Below are positions 13,196 to 26,149 of a DNA stretch of 64,000 nucleotides, in pieces. Numbering within the stretch: the first letter of the stretch is position 1; every line of letters starts with the position of its first letter. The notes under the pieces were generated by a model. The model saw only the letters and a program-made list of their open reading frames with translations. It searched no databases and had not been told where the DNA came from. Made by a program: the position numbers and the translations under genes. This DNA comes from Camelus ferus (Eukaryota), in contig NC_045697.1 of NCBI RefSeq assembly GCF_009834535.1, positions 48,362,001 to 48,426,000 of the forward strand, written 5' to 3'.

Positions 13196-15694
13196 GCATC
13201 CAGTTTTCTTGCAGAAGATGCATCTTTCTCTGGAAAACAAAGGAGGAAAAGGGAAGGAGAATGGGGTTGAATGCATTCTGAGGCACACCTAAGAGGAAGA
13301 GGAAGACAATGGCTGAGGGCCAGGAAGAAAGATTTGGGAGAAGAGATAAGTTGAATGGAGTTTTCCAAATGAAACTGTGGACACTCTCTGATGAGATATC
13401 TTCCTGTAACCACTATGAATCTGCAGTAAGAATGGAAAAAAAAAATTATACAGTGTGAGTGGATTCCTTTTGAAAATTAATGAAGGAACTGAGTTTATTT
13501 ACTCAATATCGACATTGGTATTGAGCTGCTGAAGACAAGGATCCGAGAAGACACATTTCTTACTTTAACAGACAAGAAACTGGGGTTCACAGAAGTAAAG
13601 TGGGTGAATGAAAGAAAGACCCAGTGTTAGAGGAGACAGAACAGGACTCAAAACCTGGTCTGTCTGACTCCAGTTTTTGGGTGTTTGCCTCTTCCATCCA
13701 TCTCCTTCCATTGTGTGTCTGATGTGGGAGAGGAGAGGCTGGCATTGGAGAAGACAGAGCTTCCTGAATATAGAAACTATGGCCACATAATTATTATAGT
13801 TTAAAGACACATCCTAATACAAGGGCTAGAATCTATGAAGAACATACTGTGTGCCAAGGGCTTTCTGTGGGTTATCTTGTCTAATCAAAGTAACCCAAGG
13901 AAGCTTGTAATACTGTCCGACTTTACAGATGAGGAAATAGATCAGAAAGAGGAAGTGCATAGTTCGAATTCTGAATGTAAACTCAGACCATCCGTATTTC
14001 TAGAGCCTCTCAACAGCTACCCTGAGTACGCTTACTCATTTTAAGCATTTAAAAAGGAAGCATTTATACCTTTTCAAATGACAACTTGCAAATCGAGGTG
14101 GTTTTGGACTCTGGGTTGCTACCAGCTCCAAAATATTGAGGATCTGTTATCACAAGTCTCCCTTGATTTTAGCCCCAGCTTCTCTTGTCTTGTGTACCAC
14201 AGTAGCTGTGGCAGTTGCCTTTTTCACGTTTTCTCTCTGAAATGAGACTAATGGTGGCAGCTTTGGAACCCCACAGAGCTTCCTCAGGGCCCATATGTTA
14301 GAAGAGGTCTCCTGCAAGTATCTCAGCAACAGCTCATGTCGGGACCTGAGCCACGCTGCAGGCACCCTTCACATCCGGGACTCGGAAAAGGCAGGCAGGT
14401 TCTTTGAAAATAGAATAGGGGAAGCATTATTATTCAGAGATTCATATTCCTAACAGTAGTTTCTCTGAGTATGTAGATTTTGATGGTATTTAATCCCACT
14501 GTTACTTCCTCCAGTAGGAGTGGAATCCTGCCTTTATCTGAATGTTCTTGATAAGAACTGTGGTCAAAAATGCTGGTTTGACATGTCTCAGGCTTTTTCT
14601 TAAGGCACTTTATTCACAGATATTGAAGCATTTGTTAACATTGTCATCATATTTGACATCATCTGTGAGTTTGGAGAAGGTATTATTATTTCCATTTTAG
14701 AGATAATAAAAAAGTGTCCCGTGGAAAAGTAGGTGATTTTTCTGAGTCATAAGTTGGTGGCAAAACTAGGACCAATATCCAGTCTTTCTGACTCTAGATG
14801 AGATTAATCTGTCTTCTAAAAATATCCTGTTTTTCCTTCTCCATATGTCCAAAGCCATGATTACCTACAGAATAAACACAAGTCTTTTAATAAGTACCAG
14901 TATCTAATAAGTAAGTGCCAGTTCTTTAATGCTGTATGTTAAGGTAAGAAGCCAGCACTAACCCTCCATTACAGCTCTGTAGCGCAGTGGATAAAAGCAT
15001 TTGCTTTGGAGTCAAAAAGAGCAGAATTTGAATCCCAGCTCCATCACTTAGCTGTGAACTTGGGCGTAAGTTCCTTCACATCTGTGAGTCTTAGTTTTCT
15101 GTCAGATGGTAGACACTGCCAGTTGCCTGCCCAGTATCTACTCCCCTTTCTGTCTTGTAGCAGAAACCTGACTTGGATCAGAGAATCAGTGTGCCCAGGT
15201 AGAAACACTTGCTTGCCCAGACTCCCTCACAGGTGGGGGTGCCCGTCTCCATGTGACAAATTTCTGGGCAATGAGTCATCAGCTGAGGGTTTCTGGAAAG
15301 CTTTACTTCCCTCAATAAATGCCCACCCCCACCTCTTCTTCCTACTCTGTCCCATTTTCCTTTTTCTTCAACACTTGAATATTCATTTCCATATCTTTTT
15401 CCATTATGTTATTTCTTGTTAAAGTTAACTAGTCAAAATGAGAATTCTTCTTCCTTTAATACCAGCCAAATATACATTTCCAAACCCCTCCTCAGCACCT
15501 CCCCGCAGAGCCTGTTGAATCCAAGTCTTTGCTGAATCCAAATCTGAAGTTTTTACTGATGTGTTTCAGAATCTCTTGATTTTTGAGGAACATTACACCA
15601 TCGGCAGATGATCCAGACCCGGTTTCTTTGTCTCTCTCTTCCTTGTCTTAGTCCTAGAGATGTTCGGTGCCACCTCTGCAAGGGGGTAAACAGA

Positions 15695-16200
15695 GGAAGG
15701 GACAGCTGCCTTCTCTTTGGCCTTCAGACCCACGCTCAGCTCTTCACCCTTGTGCTTTCTACCCAGGAAACAGGATTGACAGACTATACCCACAGGGCTC
15801 TCGTACTTACCCTCTGGCTTCTGGTTGGGGCAATGGGGAGCCCTTACAGAGACCGGAAGGAGGGAGGAGTGTGAGGCGGGAATATTTATCCCCCTGGCTT
15901 CCAGGGGGATATCCCCCAGGTGTGCTGTGTTCCCCTCATCCAAAGCCACAGGTCCTCTCTCAAGCCATCTTTTCTACACAACTCTCTCCTTTGGGTTCCA
16001 GAAACCATCTCCTCATTTTATCTCTTCAGGCGCCATGTGGTTACAGCGTTGCTCTTTCCAGCTCTGGCTCACCACCCTGTCCCTTGTGCTTTCCCTGCAT
16101 CCCACCTTTTACCTTGGACATAGTCATTCGAGTAAACCCTCTTTGAATTAGCCTCATTGGAATGTGTCACCTGTCTCCCCGAGAACACTGACTGATACGG
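15695..16200 (+). mobile_element. ERVL solo LTR (LTR33-like)
   Basis: ccctctggcttctggttggg...gggaatatttatccccctggcttcc...actgactgatac; same family as the 11.5 kb copy, opposite orientation. Confidence 0.55.
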
Positions 16201-16687
16201 ATGAGAAAATCAAAACAGTCTACTTTTGCTTCTAAATAGTGCTCCTCAGATGTCTCAGATGTCCAGGGTCCCCGTGCGGAGGCACAGACACCCAGAATGC
16301 CTCTACCACAGCCCAGCAACACAGCAGTCTCCACACTCCATTCTCACCCCATACTTTGTTCAACCATGTTTAAAGCTTAACTACTCTGTATCATTTTCCC
16401 ATGACTCCATCTTCCAGTATGACAGTTAATGAATTTGCTCATGAATGGTGATACATTAATGAAAGAAGGCTGACACAATGTTTGTCTTTCATTAAAAAAA
16501 TTACATCCACTACTCATCTTCCTAGACAATGCCCACTGGCCTTCATAGTGTTCATATGCCATTGTCGTCCCACACTCTGTAATTAATCAAACCTGGAGAG
16601 TCACCAGAAAAGGGCAGGCTCTGCCTCATTTCTTCACTGTACAAGAGCCAAATAGGTTACAGAAAATGTTTTAGAAAGTGTTGCTGA

Positions 16688-17161
16688 AACATGGATGGAC
16701 CTGGAGATCATCATTCTAAGTGAAGTAAGCCAGAAAGGGAAAGAAAAATACCATATGATATCACTCATATGTGGAATCTTAAAAAAAAAAAAAAAAAAGG
16801 AGGGGGCATAAATGATCTGATTTACAAAAAAGAAACAGACTCACAGACATAGAAAACAAACTTATGGTTGGTTACCGGTGGAGAGAAAGGTGAGAAGGGA
16901 TAAATTGGGAGTTCGAGATTTGCAGATACTAACTACTATATAAAATGGATAAACAAGTTCATACTGTATAGCACAGGGAACAATATTCAATATCTTGCAG
17001 TAGCCTATAATGAAAAAGCATATGAAAACAAATATATGTATGTATATGTATGACTGAAACACTATGCTGCACATCAGAAATTGACACAACGTTGTAAACT
17101 GACTATACTTCAATAAAAGAAAGAACGAAAGAACGAAAGGAAGGAAGGAAGGAAGGAAGAA
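16688..17161 (+). mobile_element. 5'-truncated L1 3'UTR with GAAA/GGAA-converted tail
   Basis: acatggatggacctggagatcatcattctaagtgaag...ctatacttcaataaaa; perfect TSD agaaagtgttgctga at 16673-16687 and 17162-17176. Confidence 0.95.
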
Positions 17162-17530
17162 AGAAAGTGTTGCTGACTGGGACACAATGTTTGTTTATCC
17201 TGGGGCTTGAATGAGTGCAAAACCACTTGCTAAGACTGGAAAACACAAGCTCAGGAAGGACACTGAGTGAATACACACTGTAACTCTTTCCCAGGCGTAG
17301 TCTTTAGCTTTTCAGACCTCAAAACCATTTTTTCAGTGCACTCAGTGAATACTAACTTCATAAGCACTGTCTCATTCTAACCAAGGGAATAAGAAATTGG
17401 TAAGTAAAGCATCCTGCCAACTTACTAATTTAAGTGGGAACCAGGTGATGATTGTGTCAGTCAGCTGCAAGTAACAGGGGAAAAAGTAGATTAAACCATA
17501 AGAACATTATTGTTTATTCAACAAGAAGGA

Positions 17531-17660
17531 GAGGAGGGTATATCTCAGTAGTAGAGTGTGTACTTAGCATGCATGAGGTCCTGGGTTCAATGCCCAGTGC
17601 CTCCATTAAAAAAACCAAACAAATAAATAAATAAACCTAATTACCTCCCCCTCCAAATAA
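17531..17660 (+). mobile_element. Vic-1-like tRNA-Ala SINE inserted in a degenerate MaLR LTR
   Basis: gggtatatctcagtagtagagtgtgtacttagcatgcatgaggtcctgggttcaatgccc...aaacctaattacctcccc. Confidence 0.85.
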
Positions 17661-18054
17661 TGAAGACAGCAATCTTATCAGTGTCATCAAAGAACTATAT
17701 ATTTTAGCATGTTGGTTTATGGCCTCATGGTTACAAGATTGCTGCCACCTCAGACATCAATACTGCACTCTAAATCTGAAAACAAATAGCTGGTTGAGGG
17801 AGAGGGAGAAATGCTTTCTTTTCATAAGGCTTTGTCTTTTTGCTCAGTTAGCTTCCCAGAAGCCCCACCAGCCAGAACAGAGTTGCATGGTCATCCCAAT
17901 TGTCAAGGAAGCTGGCAAAGTCAGCATCTAACCCTCCAGTCACTGTTCTGTAGTAAGAGTCAGCATGAAATAAGAGACTTGGAAATGGCTTTGAAGAGTG
18001 TGGCAGCTGTGGTTGTATCACACCGATCTCCCTTCAAGAAAGCTCACTATTATT

Positions 18055-18123
18055 ATTTACGATAGCCAAGACATGGAAGCAACCTTAAAGTCCATCAATA
18101 GATGATTGAATAAAGAAGTTGTA

Positions 18124-18154
<31 letters not shown>

Positions 18155-18682
18155 CACATACATGCATATATAATATACATATATACAGATATATATATGT
18201 GTATATGTACACACATACACACACAATGGAATACTACTCAGCCATAAAAAGAATGAAATAATGCCATTTGCATGGAAGGATCTAGAGATTATCATACTAA
18301 GTGAATTAAGTCAGCAAGAGAAAGACAAATATCATATGATATCACTTATATGTGGTATCTTAAAAAATGACACAAATGAACTTATTTACAAAGCAGAAAC
18401 AGACTCACAGACATAGAAAACAAACTTATGGTTACCAAAGGGGAAAGGGAGAGGGGGGATAAATTAGGAGTTTCAGATTAGCAGATACAAACTATTATAT
18501 ATAAAATAGATAGACAGCAAGGTCCTACTGTACAGCACAGGGAACTATATTCAATATCTTATAATAACCTATAATGAAAAAGAATATGAAAAAGAAGTAT
18601 AAATGTATAACTGAATCACTATGCTGTATACCAGAAACTAACACAACATTGTAAATCAACTATACTTCAATTAAAAAAAAAA
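18055..18682 (+). mobile_element. 5'-truncated L1 3' end with internal (TG)/(TA)/(CA) microsatellite
   Basis: atagccaagacatggaagcaacct...ctatacttcaattaaaaaaaaaa. Confidence 0.9.
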
Positions 18683-18699
18683 TCTCACTCTTCAGCTTA

Positions 18700-19050
18700 A
18701 GGAAGGCAGGTGGCTGACAGCCTCTAGCTGCAGTGCCTTCTGGACCTGTCACAAGTTTGAGCCAAGGCCACGTTCTTCCTGGGTAGCCCCCAGCCAGTAC
18801 TGTCCAAGTTGGGAGTACCAGGGTCTAGCTGGGTATGGCCAGTACAGGGCTCCTCTAATCTTTGTTCCAGAGCCCCCTGTTGAGTTGGTAGAGGCTTGTT
18901 TAGATCAACATCACAATATGAAACTCTCTCTGCCCAGTCTTGCATCCCCCGCCCACCCAGCTCCATTTTTCACGGCCATTCCCACTCGGTAAACCTCCTA
19001 TACTCCTAACTCCATCTCAGCACCTGCTTCCTAGAGGAGATGAACTGACA
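18700..19050 (+). mobile_element. ERVL LTR16-like remnant
   Basis: ggctgacagcctctagctgcag...ccaaggccacgttcttcctgggtagcccccagcca...ctccatctcagcacctgcttcc. Confidence 0.55.
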
Positions 19051-22000
19051 GCAAAGGGCAACACCAGCGTATTTGTTCCCTACAAGGAAATCTCCATGGA
19101 AATCAAATATTTGTGCTAAGAGAATACAAGATCAGAGCAAGGAGGCTACTCTGACTAATCCATTTTCACTGTGAAGACATTCCGAATGTGAGTAGTTTTC
19201 TCTCTTATTTCAGAAAGGACACTCCTGTCCCCGGCCTACACTGATGAACACTGGCAAACTTGGTCTCTGATTCTCCGACTCCCGTTTTTCTGTTTCCATT
19301 CAAACCATCCCCATTCTGTTGGCTTTTGCTTTCTTAGCCATGTTGATTCCAGCATGGAATGCTGTAGCCCTGCCCTGTTTCCTCCACTGTAGGGCCCAGA
19401 AGACATCCTGTTTTCTTTTTTGATTATTTGTTTGCTGATTTTTTTTTGCTTTAAGGAGAATTCTCCAAGTATCTACTCTCTTCCGTTATACATTGACATC
19501 ACAGTTTCAATTCTCAGAGTTTTGAAGAAGCATCACTGAAACTCCCTTTTACTTCATAGGTAGCCCTGCTGTAGGCCTTTAAAACAGCATGAATTCTAGA
19601 GTACAACTTCCTCTGAGAAACCATCAAGTAGCTTCATTTGTTGATTTGTTCATTTAACCTTCATTTCTTAAACAGCTTCCAAGTAACAGGCACTCTGGTA
19701 GGTGCTGGCCAGACCACAATGAGGCCAGACCACAATGAAGAATACACAGGAATTCCTCCAAGAAGCTCCTGGAAGCTGTTTCTAAGTGAAACAAAGCTAG
19801 AAAACAAATCAGAAGATGTGAGGTTTAAGCCAAGGGAAGAGTGAATTGCTTATCAGAACTTTCTACAACCTAAATATTTTTAGTTTTCCAGCCTCCATGA
19901 GACACAACCTCAGAGACTTTCAGACCAGCACAGCCTCTGTACAACGCACTGAATATTAAATATGGAGGTGGCTTATTTTCTGGCGACCTATGCTGCTTGT
20001 CACCGTCTGGCACCAGCCTCAGGTCCCCTCTGTTCAGAGCTGCCCACCTGAGATGGCTTCTCTCTTACCAGGGCCTGGGAAATAATGGTGCTGCCCAAAG
20101 GGTGACTACTTTTGTGCTGGGCACATCTGCAGCACATCCCCAGGATGTCTGTGTGAAGGTCTCTATCCTGGTTTTGGTTTCAGATGGTATCTGTGCTGAA
20201 TGTATTAGCCCCAATTATTACTGCTTATCCTTCCATTTCCCACCATGGTTGTTTATATCATCATTTATCAGTTCTATCCTTCTAAGTGAAAATTAACAGA
20301 GATCAAGATAGACTTTGACTGGATGTCATCCAGAGCTTGAAACAGACTTGACTGAATCACAGACTGGGGTGTACACTTAAAAAAAATTATAACCAGAAAT
20401 CATGATCATCCTCCGGTCTAGAATTTAAGAAGCCCTTTCCCAGAAGACAAAAGCCTTGAGTTGCTTTAGCAGTTCCTTCTCCATTTTGAATGAGAATGAC
20501 AAAGCTACAGGCAACCACAGGAAGTCACCAAGCCCCATTCCCTCATTTTATAAAGAACGTCAGGTCCAGAGCAACAGAGTAACTAGCTTAGATCAGACAG
20601 CTATTGACACTCTGGGACTACAACCCAGGATTCCTTACTCCCAGTCCAGGCTCTTTTCAACAGCTGTCCCTCACTGAATCTGCCTGGTCTCACTGTCTTC
20701 CATAGCAAATCCCTCTCCTTCCACATTTTAATCCCCAAGCATGCCCTTTCTTTCATCTTTCATCATTTGCAGCTTTCTTTTCTTCCCTCTTGCTTCTCCC
20801 TGCAAGGATTTTTTAAATTCTTCTTAGTCCTGTGTTGTTCCCTCTTCCTGACTCCTTTGTCTTTTCTGCCTCTGCTATCAGTAAAGAAAGCCAACATGCA
20901 TATCTATCTTTGTATCTTCTACATTTAGTACTTAAAAAAAAAAAGCTGGATGTATATGGAAATTCTGAACTATCTTTAAAATTACAATTCTATGAATATA
21001 CTAGAAAGTCTACTGGAAAAAAATAATACTACCAAATTCCCAAGACAGTACTAAGCACTTCTGGGGTGCAGAGTAGGTTTTGAAATGATTGCATAGGGAC
21101 CCTCAAGACTTCAAGAAAAGATATCAAGTTTCTACAGGGGAGTTACAGTCTTCTATAATATAATCAGATCAAAATGTCATGCACAATATCAACTCTCTGC
21201 AGTAGCCATGGAAATGAATGACTCAGTAGAGCAAAAAAACAAACAACAGCGCTGTCCCATTAGGTTAACTGGAGAAGGCTGCGTGGGGCCAAGCCGATGC
21301 ATCATATTTCACCAGCTCTGGTTGGGATGATGCTCAAAACCAAACCCACTCTTTGCTCTCCAATCACACTCTCCAAGTATGGACTTTCTGATTACAATTC
21401 GTTTCCCACATTCTCTGCTAGCAGGAAGGGCATGTTTTTGATGGCACGCATTAACATTCTAGATCCAGCAAAGGGAAACCCTCTCATGTAAATTAATTCA
21501 TGGGTATCCCCACTTCCTTTCACTAAAGGCTCTTCTACTCCATGTGTTAGATTCTAGCTCTGGGTCTGCAGAGCTGAGGTCCTGACCTTGGACCTCATGA
21601 AACCCCATGAAAGCGTTGTCACCATGAGCTCTGCTTTAATGTCTAGCCAGCTTCCCTTTCTAGCAATCTGGGATCCTCTCTGGCTTCTGGAAGTTGATAA
21701 AATAGCAAGTATCTATTGAGCGTAATTGCATGGCTTTGACTATGGTTGGTTAGTTGCCCTTCAAGAGTGGACAATCTTTGTTGATTTAAACAAACCAGGA
21801 GGAGTGGGATCTAATGATTTGAGGAAACGGGAAATTAGGTCTGCTTCCCTCTGTGCTGTCTTTTTTCATGTTCTTCTAATAGCATGGAGAAAGGAAGGGG
21901 AAGCAGTCTGAGAACCTGCTGCGGTTGGCCCTGGGTGAGCAAACGAAGGAGGAGCACTTCCCGTAGGAACATTTACTTCTCGCTTGAGCAGCCCTGTCTG

Positions 22001-23540
22001 TTCCTGGAACTCAGAGTCCTGGGAGCTGCATGAAAGAGCTATGTCACTGAGCCTCACACAGGGCCCCAGCCCCAAGTCCCGGCGACAGCTGTTCAGCAGC
22101 TGCACCATTGTGCCCTAAAGCTGCTTAGTGTAAGATGGGAAGGGAAAAGGGACTCGCCCTCTGAAGCTCCGTGAAAAACACAACCCCCCATGACAACAGC
22201 TGGCAGGTAACGTAGATCATGAAGATATTTGTGGCATTAAAAAGGACACATGATGGATGACCTTTAACTTTGTATTTTAAGTTTTTTTCCCCATAAAATT
22301 ATGCACTCAAATCCTTTCAGTTTAAGAAAAATGAATAAGAAGGGAAGAAAGGAAAAAGGAAGAACCCTGGCAATGGTTACAACATGGGCACAGAAGCAGG
22401 TAAACTGGAACTCCTGTCATCCCTCATCTCCTTCCCCGCCCAGATGCCCCGCCCGAAAATAACTAGCATGAAAGGCTTCCCCCGAGCAACCAAGATAAAC
22501 GCCTGCTCCCGGAGCCGGGCCCAGTTCAGGCACAGCACCACTTCTGAGAGCTGGCAGCTTATCTAGCCTTTGATCCCCTTTCATTTGTGGGACACGTCAA
22601 CCTTGCTCCTCTTTAATATACAAGATCGGACAAGAGCTCGGGCCAGGCAGCCATAGCTGCAGGCAGGGCTTTCTCAAACACTGCGCAGGGAGGCTTTTGC
22701 CTGCCCAGGCCCAGGGGGAATCTATGCAGGTGCTTGCCTGCCGCATCCTATAAAAAGAAGTCTAGCGCTCTGGTGGCTTAGCATGTGTGATGCCCAACAG
22801 CGGGCTAGCTGGGACCCAGGACCCAGTGAAAGGCAGGCAGCAGGTTACTTTCTGAGCCCAGATTTTGGTGTCTTTGCCTCCTCCCCATCCCTTTTAATGA
22901 TACCTTCCTCTGAGCCCTTTAGAAATCAAATGATCCTATTCACTTTTTCTAAGCTCTCCCCGCCCCCATCCCCCAGCAAAATCCCCTGGGGCAGAAGTAA
23001 AGAAACTGTCACTGATGTGCATTATTGCTGGGAGTGTAAACCCATATACCTTTTCAGGAGAGCAGGTCAACAGGATATAAATTTTAAATATGTATTCCCT
23101 TAGAACAGACCCAGGAATTTCACTTCTAGAAAGGTATCCTAAAGAAATCACTGTGTGGGTAAGCAGAAATGTATGTACAAGGACGTTTATTGCTGTTTTG
23201 ATGAAAAACACAGAACAGTTGGAAACAATGTAAATATCCAGTAGAAGAGGATCTTAAACAAATTATCACATATGCATAAAATGAAACACTCTGCAGTCAT
23301 TAAAAATAAGAAAGTAGATCGATGGTAACTGACGCTGGCATATGCCCTAACATACCGTTAAAGCAGAAAAGTGAGTTCTAGAAGAGTATATAGAGTAGTA
23401 CCCCACTTATGTTAAAAAAAAAGTTTGCATGTTTATGCTTGCATAAAAAGAATGGAATGATAAATATCATTCTGTTGATAGTGGCATCTCTGAGGGCCAG
23501 CATTATAGGCAATATCCACTTCCTCTCTCTATATATATAT

Positions 23541-23621
23541 TTTTAATAGGGGTACTGGGAGTTGACCCAGGATCTCGTGCATGCTAAGCATGCACTCTAC
23601 CACTGAGCTCCACCCTCCCCT
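23541..23621 (-). mobile_element. Vic-1-like tRNA-Ala SINE (short)
   Basis: ggtactgggagttgacccaggatctcgtgcatgctaagcatgcactctaccactgagctccaccctcccc. Confidence 0.85.
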
Positions 23622-24660
23622 CTATACTATGTACATTCTTAGAAAGGAGATGTGCTAACAGAAAAAAATGTGTGGATGTAATTTTCAAAACCTCTCAGGA
23701 AAATATATGCCATGCCCTGACACTGACAACAACTTGTATCTGTAAAGAGCTTTGTGGTTCACAAAATACTTTTACTTTCTCCATTAATTTGTCTGGTCCT
23801 CGGAGCACTGGGAGTTAGGAAAGGCAGGTCTTAGCACTGCCAATGATAAGCAAAGCTGGACATTAGTGAAAGCAGTGAAAACAGACTCCAGGAGGAGAAA
23901 GAGCTCAATACCATCCATTTTGGGCAGAGGTCATGGGACATTTTAAAGGGAAAAGAGGATGAAGGGAGGGGAAGCGAGTTACATAGAGTTGGTGAGTGTC
24001 AGTGTGGTTAGGGCAGCTATGTGGGCTACCTGGCAACTGTGGAAGTTAGGATCCTGCCCTCTCACAGAGACTGGGAGGCAGCGGCCCAATCCTTCCTAAA
24101 GATTACACGTCAAAGGAATGGCTTTCAGATCCTTTAGAAAAACTCCCCTGAGTTGCAGGAGATACATACACCTCTCAAAGGGAAAGGAAAAGGATCCACA
24201 GTTGTAAGCCCTTTTTAGTAACTGCTCTAGGGAAGGGAGGTCAAGTGTTGGCTAGAACAAACAGTAGATTCTTTTGACACCCCTGAGCTTTTCCAGAGAG
24301 GAACTCAAAAGGGGGTGGGGTTAGGATGTGAGGGCAATCTGGCCATGACACCTGTCACCCATTGATCACTGGGCTTGATTTGGCTGATGTGACTGGCGAG
24401 GCTGGTGGCCTCTTCCCCCATCACCGCTCCACCTGCATCCCTCCCGAAACAGCACACTCCCGCTCGGTGGAAGAGGATGACCTTCCCCAGGTCATCCCCA
24501 GAGGAGAAGCGTTCTTGGGTCAATGGTATAGAGTAGCTGTGCTCCCTGCTAGAATCACCTAACCAGCTCTCAAGATCCATTTGTAGGAGAACATAGGATA
24601 GTCAAGCTTCCAAGACTCCAGACACATCCAAATGAGGCTCTGCACGTGGCAGTCTGCCTT

Positions 24661-24691
<31 letters not shown>

Positions 24692-25661
24692 TGGAGGGGT
24701 TGCCCCAGGGACACGGTCTTAGGCTGCTAGAAGCCAGTTAAAGTCTGGTCAAGCCTCTCAGCGCAGGGATTTGAATGGAGTGTTCTTGACAAGAGTTTTT
24801 GCAGTTTTAGGTGTCTCTTCTCCCCAGATTAAAAACCCAGTTCTCAAAGAAGTTATGTGGTTGCCCCTTGGAGATTTGCCTTCCAGAAGAACTTGCCGTT
24901 CTGCTGCAAGAACAGCCTCCAGCTGCTGCCCCTTCAGGAGCCACCTCAGCGTTCCAGCTGAAGCGACACTCTTCTGGAAGAGTCCTCAGCCAGCGACTGA
25001 GCACTGGGGGTGCCAGGCCTGGCCATTTCCAGCCAACATGGGGCCCTTCTAATGGGCCCTTCGTCTTGTGTCCCAGGTACCAGGTTGTCTGAATCTTGTC
25101 TGATCTGCATCACAGTCTGTTTCTCCCCGCCTAACCCTTCTTTCTCCCTCTTCTCATTCACATCCCCCAACAAACCTACTGCACTTCTGACTTCATCTCA
25201 GTATCTACTTCCTAGGATCCCAAAATAACACACATGGCTTGTCTAAAACCACACAAATAGGTGCTCAACCCCCAACTCAGCCCGTAATTTGTGAATCCCA
25301 TTAAGGTGAAAACTCTGTTGGAGATAGCTGCATTTTAACCAGACTCAAAATCTTTAGCTAAAGGAAAGACTTTCTAAAATTGGAAATAAGAGGATGAGCT
25401 AGAGGTAAACAGGAATGTGAAGGGCACTGGAAGAGGATGGACCATCAGAGCCTCCCTGGAATGACAGAAATCACACCAAATGGTCTTTTCTTTCCATCCA
25501 GAAGACTAGAGAACCCATGCAGAGGCAGTGCCAGGATGCTAACGCTGTGCCTGGTACATATTTCAAATACCGTATTTCTCACATTGCATGATACTTCGTA
25601 TGTCTACCTCTCTACCTCTCCCTTTAGAGGGTGAGCTTCTCAATGGTAAGACCTGCACTTT

Positions 25662-25894
25662 TTTTTTTTAATTATTGAAATATAGTCAGTTTACAATGTT
25701 GTGTCAATTTCTAGTGTACAGCTTAATGTTTCAGTCATATATATTCCTTTTCATATTCTTTTTCATTATAGGTTACTACATGATATTGAATATAGTTCCC
25801 TGTGCTTTACAGTACAGACTTATTTTATATATCATAGTTAGTATCTGCAAACCTTGAACTCCCAATTTATCCCTTCCCACCCCCTTTCCCTCCT
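25662..25894 (-). mobile_element. Short L1 3' end
   Basis: Poly-T plus attgaaatatagtcagtttacaatgttg; ~22-bp TSD tcaat(g/a)gtaagacctg(ca/tg)cttt. Confidence 0.9.
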
Positions 25895-26149
25895 TCAATA
25901 GTAAGACCTGTGCTTTGATTCTATTTTGTATCCTCCATGCCTAGAACAAAACTCAATATATCATTGTAGCTCAATAATGGTTAAATAAATATTGAGTCTT
26001 ATCTCAGCAGGGAAATAAGAGGGTAGGGACAAAAGTAGGAGTAATAATTATTAAAACCAATATTTACTTAAGCGCATACTAGGCCCTGTTTTACATTTTT
26101 TATTATGTATCATCATGTCATTCAATCCACACAGTAACCCCACGAGGCA

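Noticed and set aside
15006..16151. Cluster of 100-160 aa ORFs
   Set aside because: They lie in MIR/MaLR/LTR33-like repeats and show no splice structure or homology I can recognise.
23840..24310. Possible ancient ERV1-type LTR
   Set aside because: Looks LTR-like, but I could not fix termini, TSD or family with confidence.
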